A stretch of 64,000 nt of DNA from an uncultured Chloroflexia bacterium (GTDB lineage Bacteria; Chloroflexota; Limnocylindria; Limnocylindrales; CSP1-4). The translations under genes and the position numbers were made by a program. Within the stretch, counting starts at the first letter, position 1. Every line of letters starts with the position of its first letter. The notes beneath the pieces were generated by a model. That model was not told the DNA's origin, did no database searches, and saw only the letters and a list, made by a program, of their open reading frames with translations. Positions 27,290-37,400 of the stretch are shown here, one piece after another. The stretch is from NCBI GenBank assembly GCA_963813335.1, contig CAWEYL010000004.1:1-64000 (forward strand), written 5' to 3'.

Positions 27290-28149
27290 TGGACCTCCCA
27301 GTGCTTCCCGGTCCGACGCGCCATCCGCGCGCCGAGACGCCACGCCGGCCGCGCATCGGCGTCGTCAAGTTCGCCTCGTGCGACGGCTGCCAGCTGACGC
27401 TCCTCGACCTCGAGGACGAGCTGCTCGCGATCGCCGACCGCGTCGATGTCGTCGAGTTCGCCGAGGCGACCTCGCACCGCTCGTCGGGACCGTTCGACGT
27501 GCTCTTCGTCGAGGGATCGGTCAGCACCCCGGAGCAGGTGGAAGAGATCGTCCGATTGCGCGCCGTGTCCCATCGACTTGTCGTCATCGGCGCGTGCGCC
27601 ACCGCCGGAGGGATCCAGGCGATCCGCAACTGGTTCGACCACGACAAGATCCGCGCGGCCGTCTACCCCGAGCCCGGCTATATCGACTCGCTCGAGCGGG
27701 CGCATCCCGTCGCGGACTACGTCGCGGTCGATGGCGAGCTGCGCGGCTGCCCGATCTCGCCTGGCCAGCTCCGCGAGTTCCTCGTCGCCCTCGTCACCGG
27801 TCGGCGGGCGCAGCTCCCCGACGAGGCCGTCTGCCTCGAATGCAAGCGGCGCGGCGTGGTCTGCGTCGCGGTCGCCAAGGGCATCGCCTGCCTGGGCCCG
27901 GTCACCCGGACCGGCTGCGGCGCGATCTGCCCGGCCTACGGGCGCGGCTGCTACGGCTGCTTCGGGCCACGCGAATCGGCCAATACCGCCGCCCTCGCGA
28001 CCTGGCTGGGGAGCGAGCGGGCCGACAGCGAGGTCGGCCGGCTGTTCGCCGGCTTCACCGCCTGGTCCGGGCCCTTCCGGTCCGTCATCGATGCCGCCGG
28101 CGGCCCACCCGGCCCGGCCGACGCCCCGAAGGGACCGAAAGATGCATGA
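27289..28149 (+). CDS. [NiFe]-hydrogenase small (delta) subunit, group 3b
   Basis: ASCDGCQ, EGS, GACA, GCP, VCLECK, CLGPVT..GCGAICP..CYGC. Confidence 0.9.
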   Translation: MDLPVLPGPTRHPRAETPRRPRIGVVKFASCDGCQLTLLDLEDELLAIADRVDVVEFAEATSHRSSGPFDVLFVEGSVSTPEQVEEIVRLRAVSHRLVVIGACATAGGIQAIRNWFDHDKIRAAVYPEPGYIDSLERAHPVADYVAVDGELRGCPISPGQLREFLVALVTGRRAQLPDEAVCLECKRRGVVCVAVAKGIACLGPVTRTGCGAICPAYGRGCYGCFGPRESANTAALATWLGSERADSEVGRLFAGFTAWSGPFRSVIDAAGGPPGPADAPKGPKDA

Positions 28150-29467
28150 CACCGACACCTTCGCCGGCCCCACCGGGGACTTCGCCGTCGACATCGCCGG
28201 CCTGACCAGGGTCGAGGGCGAGGGGTCGCTGCGCCTCGTGGTCCAGGACGGCGTCGTGCAGAAGGCGCACCTCGAGATCTTCGAGGCCCCCCGCTACTTC
28301 GAGCGGCTCGTGGTCGGGCGGACGCCCGACGAGGTCATCGACATCGTCGCGCGCATCTGCGGCATCTGCCCCGTCGCGTACCAGATGACCGCCGTCCACG
28401 CGTTCGAGCATGGCCTGGGGATCCCGATCGACCCGGCAACCCGGGCGCTCCGCCGACTCCTCTACTGCGGGGAATGGATCGAGAGCCATGCGCTCCATGT
28501 CTACCTGCTCCACCTTCCCGACTTCCTCGGCTATCCGAGCGCTCTCGACATGGCCAAGGACCACCGGGCCGCGGTCGAGCAGGGCCTCAGCCTGAAGAAG
28601 GCCGGGAACCGGATCGTGGAGATGGTCGGCGGACGGGCGATCCACCCGGTCTCGGTCCGGGTCGGCGGCTTCTCGCGGACGTTCCGGCGCACCGAGGTCA
28701 GGGCCCTGCGCGAGCAGGTGGCCGCCGCCCTCGAGATCGCCCAGCGGACCGTCGAGCTGGTGGCCGGTCTCGACACGCCCGCCTTCGCGCGGGACGGCCG
28801 CCTCGTCGCCTTGCGCCATCCCGACGAATACCCGATGAACGAGGGCCGCATCGTCTCCACCGACGGGCTCGACCTGGCCCCGTCCGACTGGCGCAACGAG
28901 TTCGCGGAGCAGCAGGTCGCCTGGTCGAACGCGCTGCAGGCGCGCGGCCGCGACGGGCGCGCCTACCTCCTCGGGCCAGCGGCCCGCGTCACGCTGGCTG
29001 CCGAACAGCTCCACCCACTGGCGACCGCCGCCCTGGCCGCCACCGGACTGGCGGACGAGATCGCCGTCAACCCGTATCGCAGCATCGTGGCCCGCGCGGT
29101 CGAGCTGGTGGACGCCACCGCCGAGGCCCTCGAGATCATCGACGCCTACGAGCCGCCGGATGCGCCCCTGACACCCTGGAAGCCGGGGCCGGCGAGCGCC
29201 GCGTGGGCGACCGAGGCCCCCCGCGGGCTGATCTTCCATGCCTATGAGCTCGATGAGCGCGGCCTCGTCGCGCACGCCCAGATCGTGCCGCCGACCAGCC
29301 AGAACCAGGCGGCCATCGAGGCGGATCTCGCGGCGTTCGCCCCGAGCGTGCTCGGGCTGCCCCATGCCGAAGCGACGCTCCGCATCGAGCAGCTGGTCCG
29401 GAGCTACGACCCGTGCATCAGCTGCGCGACGCACTTCCTCGACCTGCGCGTGGAGGACGTGTCGTGA
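28142..29467 (+). CDS. [NiFe]-hydrogenase large (alpha) subunit, group 3b
   Basis: RVEGEG, L1 RICGICP, EAPRG, L2 DPCISCATH with a C-terminal extension. Confidence 0.93.
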   Translation: MHDTDTFAGPTGDFAVDIAGLTRVEGEGSLRLVVQDGVVQKAHLEIFEAPRYFERLVVGRTPDEVIDIVARICGICPVAYQMTAVHAFEHGLGIPIDPATRALRRLLYCGEWIESHALHVYLLHLPDFLGYPSALDMAKDHRAAVEQGLSLKKAGNRIVEMVGGRAIHPVSVRVGGFSRTFRRTEVRALREQVAAALEIAQRTVELVAGLDTPAFARDGRLVALRHPDEYPMNEGRIVSTDGLDLAPSDWRNEFAEQQVAWSNALQARGRDGRAYLLGPAARVTLAAEQLHPLATAALAATGLADEIAVNPYRSIVARAVELVDATAEALEIIDAYEPPDAPLTPWKPGPASAAWATEAPRGLIFHAYELDERGLVAHAQIVPPTSQNQAAIEADLAAFAPSVLGLPHAEATLRIEQLVRSYDPCISCATHFLDLRVEDVS

Positions 29468-29946
29468 CCCTGCCGCCTTCCGAACGCCACCCCGTCGAGG
29501 TGCTCGTCTGCGGCTCGCCCGACCGCGGCGACGACGGCGCGCCGGCGGTCGCGGCGGCGTCCCTCGAGGGCCAGCTGCCCGCGACCGTCCGGGTCCGAAC
29601 GGTCGGCATGCTCGACATCGACGACCTGCTCTCCGTGCCCGCCGGGGCGCGGGTGATCGTCGTCGACGCCGCCACCGGGATCCGGCCGGGCCAGATCGTC
29701 GAGCTCCCCCTCGATGGCCTGGTCGAGCGCGGCGACCGACTCCGGCCGCGCTCGTCGCACGCCCTCGGGTTCCCCGAGGTCATCGGCCTGGCGACCCTCA
29801 TCCGCGGACGACCACTGGCTGGACGGATCGTCGCCATCGGCGGCTCGAAGTTCGGCCTCGGCGCGGAGATCAGCGAGAAGGTGGCCCGTGCGATCCCGGC
29901 CCTGGCCAAGGCCGTGTCCGACGCCGTCGAGCGGGCCGGGGCCTGA
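29464..29946 (+). CDS. hydrogenase maturation protease
   Basis: G...RGDDG, IVVDA, SSH motifs. Confidence 0.85.
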   Translation: MTLPPSERHPVEVLVCGSPDRGDDGAPAVAAASLEGQLPATVRVRTVGMLDIDDLLSVPAGARVIVVDAATGIRPGQIVELPLDGLVERGDRLRPRSSHALGFPEVIGLATLIRGRPLAGRIVAIGGSKFGLGAEISEKVARAIPALAKAVSDAVERAGA

Positions 29947-29949
29947 GCC

Positions 29950-30231
29950 ATGTGCATCGCGTTTCCCGGCCTCGTGCTGGCCATCGACACCGACGGCCTC
30001 GGCGCCGTCGTCGAGACCGAGGGCCGTCGCCGGCGCGCCTCGACGTTCCTCGTCCCCGACATCGCCGTCGGCGAGTGGGTGACGGTCGCAGCCGGCACCA
30101 TCGTGGACCGCCTGAGCCCCGACGAGGCCGCCGAGGTCCAGGCCCTGGTCGAGATGGTCAAGGGCCTCGATCGACGGGACCCCGTCGCCGCCGCACCCAC
30201 CACCGCAACCACCGAACGAAGGAGCCTGTGA
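29950..30231 (+). CDS. hypC: HypC/HybG/HupF hydrogenase chaperone
   Basis: MCIAFPG, VGEWV.V.AG...EA. Confidence 0.85.
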   Translation: MCIAFPGLVLAIDTDGLGAVVETEGRRRRASTFLVPDIAVGEWVTVAAGTIVDRLSPDEAAEVQALVEMVKGLDRRDPVAAAPTTATTERRSL

Positions 30232-31214
30232 TGTCCACGCCGACCCCCCGCTGGAACCCGAGCGCGCGGGCCGTGCCCGACCGCGTCGACCGGGGCATCG
30301 CCCTCGCGGTCGGCGCGGCCCTGATCAGCGGGCTCGCGATCTACCTCAACGCCTCCGCCGTCAAGGCCCTGCCCGACGCCGCGGTCTTCACGACCCTGAA
30401 GAACGCCGTCGCGGCCGCGCTGCTCATCGGGCTCGTGCTCGGATCGGGCGCAGCCGGCAGCATCCGGCGCATCGAGCGCCGGCAATGGCCCATGGTCATC
30501 GCGGTCGGGGTCATCGGGGGCAGCATCCCGTTCATCCTCTTCTTCACGGGCCTCGCCCAGGCGAGCGCGCCGAGCGCGGCGTTCATCCAGAAGACCCTCT
30601 TCGTATGGGTCGCGCTGCTGGCCGTCCCGTTCCTCGGTGAACGCCTCGGGCTGGCGACCATCGCCGGGCTCGCGCTCCTGGTCGTCGGCCAGGCCCTGGT
30701 CCTGCCGCCGAGCGGCATCGCCTGGGGCTCCGGCGAGACGCTGATCCTGATCGCGACCGCGTTCTGGGCGGTCGAGACCGTCCTCGTCCGGCGCCTGCTG
30801 GCGACCGTCCCGAGCTCGGCGATGGCCGCCCTCCGGATGGGCATCGGCCTGGTCGTCCTGCTCGGGTATCTCGCCGTCTCCGGACGGCTGGGCGCGGTCG
30901 CCGCCCTCGACGGGACGCAGTGGGCCTGGGTGGCGGTCACCGGCGCGATCCTCGCCGGCTACGTCGCCACGTGGTTCGCCGCGCTCGAGCGCGCGCCGGC
31001 CTCGGTGGTCACGAGCGTGCTGGTCCTCGGCGCGGTCGTGACCGGCGCCCTCACGGCCGTCACGAAGGGGTCCGCCCCCAGCCCGACCGTCGTTGCCGGC
31101 TATCTGCTGATCCTGCTGGCGGCGACGGCCATCGTCGTCGTCTCGAGGCGTGCCGCCCGGGGTGTGGCGGACCGCGCTCGAGCCGTGCTCGTCGACGATG
31201 CTCCAGCTGCCTGA
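30231..31214 (+). CDS. DMT/EamA family transporter
   Basis: about 10 TM segments, PFLGERL motif; AAGGAG RBS. Confidence 0.82.
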   Translation: MSTPTPRWNPSARAVPDRVDRGIALAVGAALISGLAIYLNASAVKALPDAAVFTTLKNAVAAALLIGLVLGSGAAGSIRRIERRQWPMVIAVGVIGGSIPFILFFTGLAQASAPSAAFIQKTLFVWVALLAVPFLGERLGLATIAGLALLVVGQALVLPPSGIAWGSGETLILIATAFWAVETVLVRRLLATVPSSAMAALRMGIGLVVLLGYLAVSGRLGAVAALDGTQWAWVAVTGAILAGYVATWFAALERAPASVVTSVLVLGAVVTGALTAVTKGSAPSPTVVAGYLLILLAATAIVVVSRRAARGVADRARAVLVDDAPAA

Positions 31215-32010
31215 CACCACGTACGGAGCGGCGGTCCCGGCGCCTCCGGCGCCGCCCGCCGCGCGCGTCGCCCCGTGCTCGGGGCCCGTCCTCTTCGCCC
31301 GCTATGCCTACGGTCCCAACCGCCTCGGCTACTGCGGGCCGGACGCGATCGAGGAGCTGTTCGCCGAGGGGACCGTCGGGGGCGACGACCGCGCCCTGCG
31401 GGAGCTGGCCCAGGGCTTCGAGGGCGCGTGGCCGTATCTCGAGCTGATCGCCCGCTCGAACGGCCTGGCGGATCCGCTCGATCGTCGCGTGGTCGAGGCC
31501 TACTGGCTGGGGAATGCCCTGCTCGACGGGGTCCGCCCAGGGTCGTTCGAGGCGTCGCTCGCGACCCGCTTCCGGCCGCGCCTGCGCGCGGACGGGTGGC
31601 GCTGGCTGTCGGGCAAGCCGGCCGACGGCGCGGTCCCGGTCCATGCCTTCCACGTGCTCGACGTCTTCCCGCGCGTGGGCCTGCTCCGCACGGGCTCGAT
31701 CGATCGGGCGCTCGAGGTCATGGACTCGTGCCGGATCCGCTGGGGCCGCGTCCTCGAGCGCGACGGCGACTGGCTCGTCGTCAACGTGGTCCCGCTGGCC
31801 ATGGTCGACGGACGGCTCGAGCTGGGACCGGCGCGTCCCGAGCGGATCCAGGCCTGGCGCGACGGCGCCGCCTTCGTCGACGGCGTCGCGGTCGGCGACG
31901 TCATCTCGGTCCACTGGTCGTGGGCGTGCGACCGGCTCACCGCCGCGGGGGCGGCCGGCCTGATCGACTGGACCGAGCGCGAGCTCCGGGTCGCCAACCT
32001 GACGATCTGA
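31198..32010 (+). CDS. DUF6390-like hydrogenase-associated hypothetical protein
   Basis: FARYAYGPNRLGYCGP, VVEAYWLG, H.FHV, CRI.WG, VHW.W.C. Confidence 0.75.
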   Translation: MLQLPDTTYGAAVPAPPAPPAARVAPCSGPVLFARYAYGPNRLGYCGPDAIEELFAEGTVGGDDRALRELAQGFEGAWPYLELIARSNGLADPLDRRVVEAYWLGNALLDGVRPGSFEASLATRFRPRLRADGWRWLSGKPADGAVPVHAFHVLDVFPRVGLLRTGSIDRALEVMDSCRIRWGRVLERDGDWLVVNVVPLAMVDGRLELGPARPERIQAWRDGAAFVDGVAVGDVISVHWSWACDRLTAAGAAGLIDWTERELRVANLTI

Positions 32011-32033
32011 ACGAGCCGTCCGGCGCGGGACAG

Positions 32034-32070
32034 CACGAGCGCCCCGGCCGGCCCGGACGGGGCGCTCGTG
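32034..32070. terminator. bidirectional hairpin
   Basis: 13-bp perfect stem CACGAGCGCCCCG / CGGGGCGCTCGTG between convergent genes. Confidence 0.65.
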
Positions 32071-32088
32071 GATGCCGCGACCGCCTCC

Positions 32089-32490
32089 TCAGCGGGCGAC
32101 GATCACCGTCGTCGGGCTATGCGTCGCGACGTGTTCAGAGGTGCTGCCCTGCAGGGCGCGCGACAGCGCGCCGAGGCCACGGGAGCCGATGACCACGGTA
32201 TCGAAGCCGCCTTCGGCGGCGATGTGCTCGATGGTGATCGCCGGGTCGCCGGAGGGCGCCATCATCTCGGCTTCGATGCCCTTGTCGCGCAACATCTGCT
32301 GGGCTTCCTTGAGCTCCTTGAGATGGACCGGGCGATCGTCCCACGGGTCGATGGGCGAACGGCCGGGATGGACCGGCGTCACGCTCACGACGGCGACGGA
32401 TGCGCCGAACTTCCGGGCCAGCTCGACGGCCATGTCGAGGGCGCGCTTGGCGGGCTCGCCGCCGTCGTACGCCACGAGGATCTTCTTCAT
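32089..32490 (-). CDS. universal stress protein
   Basis: ILVAYDG, GDP, IGSRG..GSTS. Confidence 0.92.
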   Translation of the reverse strand: MKKILVAYDGGEPAKRALDMAVELARKFGASVAVVSVTPVHPGRSPIDPWDDRPVHLKELKEAQQMLRDKGIEAEMMAPSGDPAITIEHIAAEGGFDTVVIGSRGLGALSRALQGSTSEHVATHSPTTVIVAR

Positions 32491-32626
32491 CGAGGGCCTC
32501 CTGATCGGCATCCCGACCGGCGCCTGGCCAGTCGTCTGGACATCAGCGTGCGCCAGCTGTGGGCCGCTGACGACGGCCACACCTCCCGTTCGCGGCGGGT
32601 CCGATGGCCCCCTGCGGGCGGACCGT

Positions 32627-33337
32627 TCAGCGGGGCCCGTAGGGCAGGTTCGCCACGTCGCCGTTGATGGGCTCGCGCCGGCTGTCGTCGAGCGACCAGC
32701 CGACCGTCATGTCGACGCCGACGATGCCCGGCACCAGGCCGATGCAGCGCTCGATCATCTGGGTCGTGGAGCGACGCTCGACCGACCCGCCGACGGACGC
32801 CACGCCGTCCTCCACCTCGACCGTGAACAGGGCGGGATCCAGCCACAGGACGCGGAGCAGGACGTCCTCGCGGATGGTCCGGGCCAGCTCCTCGTCGGAC
32901 CGGATGAAGGCGCGGACCAGGTCGGCGCGGCTCACGATGCCCACCAGCCGGCCGTCCTCGACGACGGGCAGGCGGTTGATCCGGCGTGCCGTCATGACCG
33001 CGGCCGCCTCGGGGATGGAGCGGTCCGGTCCGATGGTGATGGCCGGCGCCGTCATCGCCTCGCCCGCGGTCGTGGCCGCCACCTTGGCGATCTGGGCCCG
33101 TGACTCCTTCGACTCCCCGCGCACCCGGGCCAGGGAGCGGTGGCGGATCGCGTCGGCGCCGCCTTCCTTCATGAGGAGGTCGGCCTCGGACACGACGCCG
33201 AGTACGGCGCCTTCGGGGTCGACGACGGGCACGCCGCTGATCCGATGGTCGACCAGCGACTGGGCGACGTCCTTGAGCGACGTCCGCGGCGTCACCGTCA
33301 CCACCGTTCGGATCATGACATCTCGGATGGTCAGCAT
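32627..33337 (-). CDS. CBS-pair plus BON domain protein
   Basis: ISGVPVVD..GVVSEADL, INRLPVV..GIVSRADL, then V.VEDGVA...G. Confidence 0.88.
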   Translation of the reverse strand: MLTIRDVMIRTVVTVTPRTSLKDVAQSLVDHRISGVPVVDPEGAVLGVVSEADLLMKEGGADAIRHRSLARVRGESKESRAQIAKVAATTAGEAMTAPAITIGPDRSIPEAAAVMTARRINRLPVVEDGRLVGIVSRADLVRAFIRSDEELARTIREDVLLRVLWLDPALFTVEVEDGVASVGGSVERRSTTQMIERCIGLVPGIVGVDMTVGWSLDDSRREPINGDVANLPYGPR

Positions 33338-33390
33338 CGGGATCACCTGCCTTCGGTTCACAGACTGCCCGCCGGCGCAGCGCGCTGACA

Positions 33391-33404
33391 GGTCCGAACG
33401 TCAC
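33391..33404. promoter_or_regulatory. DosR-like box
   Basis: GTGACGTTCGGACC (minus strand), 23 nt from CAGTCT; another box GGGTCCGATGGCCC at 32597-32610. Confidence 0.55.
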
Positions 33405-33439
33405 GTCCTCGCGGGCCATGCGGGATGCGTGACAGGACC

Positions 33440-34456
33440 CTAGCGAGCGGTGACGGTCGGCCAGGACCGGATCGTCTGCAGGTAGTTCGCGCGCTCGAAC
33501 GCGTCGGGGTCCGCGACCGTGGCCTGGCTCGCGCTGCCGCGCAGCTGGGCCACCGACTCGTACTCGCGGTCGGTCATCCAGGCTTGCAGCTGGTCGGTGA
33601 CCGCGGCGATGTGCTCGGGTCCGTGGCGGAGCAGGGCCGAGGTCATCATCACGACGTCCGCGCCCACCATCAGCGCCTTGACGACGTCCGTCCCCGACCC
33701 GGCACCCGAGGACGCGGCCAGCGAGACGCCGTTCCCGAGCTGCGGGCGCAGGATGGCGATCCAGCGCATCGGCAGGCGCATCTCCCAGCGATGGCTGAGC
33801 TCGAGGCGCGGCACGACGACGAGCGCCTCGAGGTCGAGGTCCGGCTGGTAGAAGCGGTTGAACAGCACGAGGCCGTCGGCGCCCGCCGCGATCGCCGCAG
33901 CGGCGAAATGCGCGAAGGCCGAGTAGTAGGGACTCAGCTTGACCGCGAGCGGGATGGTGACGGCGTCACGCACGTCCGCGATCAGGCCGAGGTCGATCGC
34001 CTCCATCTCGGCGGCGGTCCGGCGGGGGTCCGCGGCAAGGTGGTAGAGGTTGAGCTCGAGGGCGTCCGCGCCGGCCGCCTCGATCCGCTGCGCCTGGCGC
34101 ACCCAGCCGCCGCCGGTGCTGGCATTCAGGCTCGCGATGACCGGCACGCCCACGACGGCCTTGACCTGCTCGAGCGACGCCAGGTAGCGGTCGGCCGCGC
34201 CCACGAACCGGTCGATGGCCGGGAAGTAGTCGAGAGCCTCCGCGACATGCTCCGCCCCCTGCTCGAGGGAGCGGTCGAGCTCGAGCTCCTCGGCCAGGAT
34301 CTCCTCCTCGAAGAGCGACGGGAGGACGATCGCGCCGACGCCGGCCCGATCGAGCCGGGCCGCCGTCGCCGGATCGCCGTTGTGCGGCGCGGCCGAGGCG
34401 ACGAGCGGCGAGCGGAGCTTCAGCCCGAGATAGGACGTGCCCAGGTCGACGGTCAT
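33440..34456 (-). CDS. dihydroorotate dehydrogenase-like flavoprotein (PFOR-associated)
   Basis: YLGLKLRSP, SLFEE, ELN, AVKLSP, LFNRFYQPD, FERANY. Confidence 0.88.
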   Translation of the reverse strand: MTVDLGTSYLGLKLRSPLVASAAPHNGDPATAARLDRAGVGAIVLPSLFEEEILAEELELDRSLEQGAEHVAEALDYFPAIDRFVGAADRYLASLEQVKAVVGVPVIASLNASTGGGWVRQAQRIEAAGADALELNLYHLAADPRRTAAEMEAIDLGLIADVRDAVTIPLAVKLSPYYSAFAHFAAAAIAAGADGLVLFNRFYQPDLDLEALVVVPRLELSHRWEMRLPMRWIAILRPQLGNGVSLAASSGAGSGTDVVKALMVGADVVMMTSALLRHGPEHIAAVTDQLQAWMTDREYESVAQLRGSASQATVADPDAFERANYLQTIRSWPTVTAR

Positions 34457-37400
34457 GCCCCATCTCCTTCGTCGTGCGGGCGCTCGAGATGCGGGACCGT
34501 CCGCTCGATGCCGGCCAGCCCCTGGTAGTAGTGCCAGCGCTCGTCGGCGTCCTTCTGCGCGAGGGTCGCGAGCTCGGCGGCGCGCTCCGGATGCGTCCGG
34601 CCGAGGATGGCGAACCGGGTCTCGCCCGCCGCGAACTCCGCGATCGGGATCGATGGCGGTCCCGAATCGAGCTTGAACGGCTTGCCGCCCTCGATCTCCG
34701 ACGGGTGGAACCGGTACAGCGGCCAATAGCCGCTCCGGACCGCGTCCTTCTGGTGGCTCATCGACTTGGCCATGTCGATCCCGTGGGCGATGCAGGTGCT
34801 GTAGGCGATCACGAGCGATGGCCCCGGCCAGGCCTCGGCCTCGAGGAGGGCGTTCGTCGTCTGGGCGTCGCTGGCGCCCATCGAGACCTGCGCGACGTAG
34901 ACATCGCCATAGGACCGCGCGATGGCGCCGAGGTCCTTCTTGGCGGTCCGCTTGCCGGCGGCGGCGAACTTGGCGACAGCGCCGCGCGGGGTCGACTTGG
35001 ACGACTGCCCGCCGGTGTTCGAGTACACCTCCGTATCGAGGACCAGGATGTTCACGTTGCGACCGGACGACAGCACCTGGTCGAGGCCGCCGAACCCGAT
35101 GTCGTAGGCCCACCCGTCGCCGCCGATGATCCAGACCCCGCGGCGCACGAGGGCGCCGGCGATCGCGAGGAGCTGCCGGGCGTCGGACGCGTCGGGTCCG
35201 TCGATGGCGGCGAGCGCCGTGCGGAGGCGCTCGACCCGCTCGCGCTGGAGCGCGATCCCGGGCTCGTCGTCCTGATCGGCAGCGAGGATGCCCGCGACCA
35301 GGTCGGCATCGAGGCGCGGCGCGAGCCGCTCGAGGAGTCGGCCTGCCTGGTCGCCCTGCGCGTCGAGGGCCAGGCGCATGCCCAGCCCGAACTCGGCGTT
35401 GTCCTCGAAGAGTGAGTTGGCCCACGCCGGGCCCCGACCGGCCGCGTCGACCGTCCACGGGGTCGTGGGCAGGTTCGCGCCATAGATGGACGAGCAGCCC
35501 GTCGCGTTGGCGACGATCATGCGGTCGCCGAAGAGCTGGGTCACGAGGCGGATGTACGGCGTCTCGCCGCAGCCGCCGCACGCCCCCGAGAACTCGAACA
35601 GCGGCTCGAGGAGCTGCGACCCCTTGACGGTGTCGTGCGGGAGCACGCTCCGATCGAGCCGCGGGATGGTCCGGAAGAAGTCCCAGCGCTCGCGCTCGAC
35701 GTCGCGATGCTCGGCGACCGGGGCCATGTCGATCGCCTTGTGGCTGATGTCGGTCTTGCTCTTGGCCGGGCAGACGTCCACGCAGACGCCGCAGCCGGTG
35801 CAGTCATCGGGTGCGACCTGGATGGTCAGCCGGTGGTCGACCAGCTCGCGCGAGCGGAACTCCTTGTGGAGGAAGCCCGCCGGAGCGCCCTCGAGCGACG
35901 CCGTCGGGAAGACCTTCATCCGGATCGAGGCGTGCGGGCAGACCATCGCGCACTTGCCGCAGTCGATGCAGATGGCCGGATCCCAGACCGGGATGGTCTG
36001 GGCGATGGCCCGCTTCTCGTACGCCGCGGTCCCGGTCGGGAACGTGCCGTCGACCGGGAGCGCGCTCACCGGCAGCCGGTCGCCATCGCCGGCCAGCAGG
36101 CGCGCCGTGAACCTGGTCACGAACTCCGGCACGGTGGCCGCGGGAGCGACCGCCGGCAGCGCGGACCCGACCGGCCCGGGCGCGACGTGGGCGAGGCGCT
36201 CGATGGCCGCGTCGATCGCGGCGAAGTTGCGCGCGACGATGGCCTCGCCGCGCTTGGCATACGTCTTCTTGACGAACGCCTTGATCCCGGCGATCGCCTC
36301 GGCCGGCGGGAGGATGCCCGCCAGGTGGAAGAAGCAGGGCTGCATCACGGTGTTGATGCGGCTGCCCATGCCGACCTCCGCCGCGACGGCGAGTGCGTCG
36401 ATGACCCACAGGTCGATCGACTTGTCGACGATCTGCTGCTGGACGCCGACGGGCAGGTGCGCCCAGACCTCGGCGGGTCCGTACGGCGCGTTGAGCAGGA
36501 ATGTGGCGCCCGCCTTGGCATGCTCGAGCATCGGGACCCGGCCGAGCAGGCCGAACTGGTGGCAGGCCACGAAGTCGGCCTCGTCCACGAGGTACGTGGA
36601 GCGGATGGGCTCCGGGCCGAAGCGCAGGTGCGACACGGTGATCGACCCGGACTTCTTGGAGTCGTAGACGAAGTACCCCTGGGCGTACCGGTCCGTGCTC
36701 TCACCGATGATCTTGACCGACGCCTTGTTGGCGCCGACCGTGCCGTCCGATCCGAGCCCGAAGAAGAGGGCCTGGACCTCGCCCGCCGGGCGGGCCGCCC
36801 GGAAGACCGGGTCGATCGGCAGGCTCAGGTGGGTGACGTCGTCCTCGATGCCGAGCGTGAAGTGGCGGAGTGGCCGGGCCGTGGCGAGGGCGTCGAAGAC
36901 CGGCTTGAGCATGGCCGGCGTGAGCTCCTTGGACGACAGGCCGTAGCGCCCGCCGATGACCCGCGGGACGGTCGCGAAGGGCGGCTCGTCGCGGTCCATG
37001 GCCTCGGCCAGGGCGGCGACCACGTCGAGGTAGAGGGGCTCGCCGATGGCACCCGGCTCCTTCGTGCGGTCGAGGACCGCGATGGCGCCGACGGTCGGCG
37101 GCAGGGCCCCCAGCAGCTGGGCCGCCGGGAACGGCTGGAAGAGGCGGACCCGGATCATGCCGACCCGCTCGCCGGTGGCGACGAGCGCGTCGACAGTCTC
37201 CTCCAGGGCTCCGGCTGCGGAGCCCATCACGACGATCACCCGGTCCGCGTCGGGTGCGCCGTGGTAGTCGACCAGGCCGTATTGACGCCCCGTCCTCGCC
37301 GCCAGCTCCTCGAAGACGTCCTCGACGATCCCGGGCACGGCGAGATGGAACGGGTTCGACGCCTCGCGGGCCTGGAAGAACACGTCGGGGTTCTGCGCCG

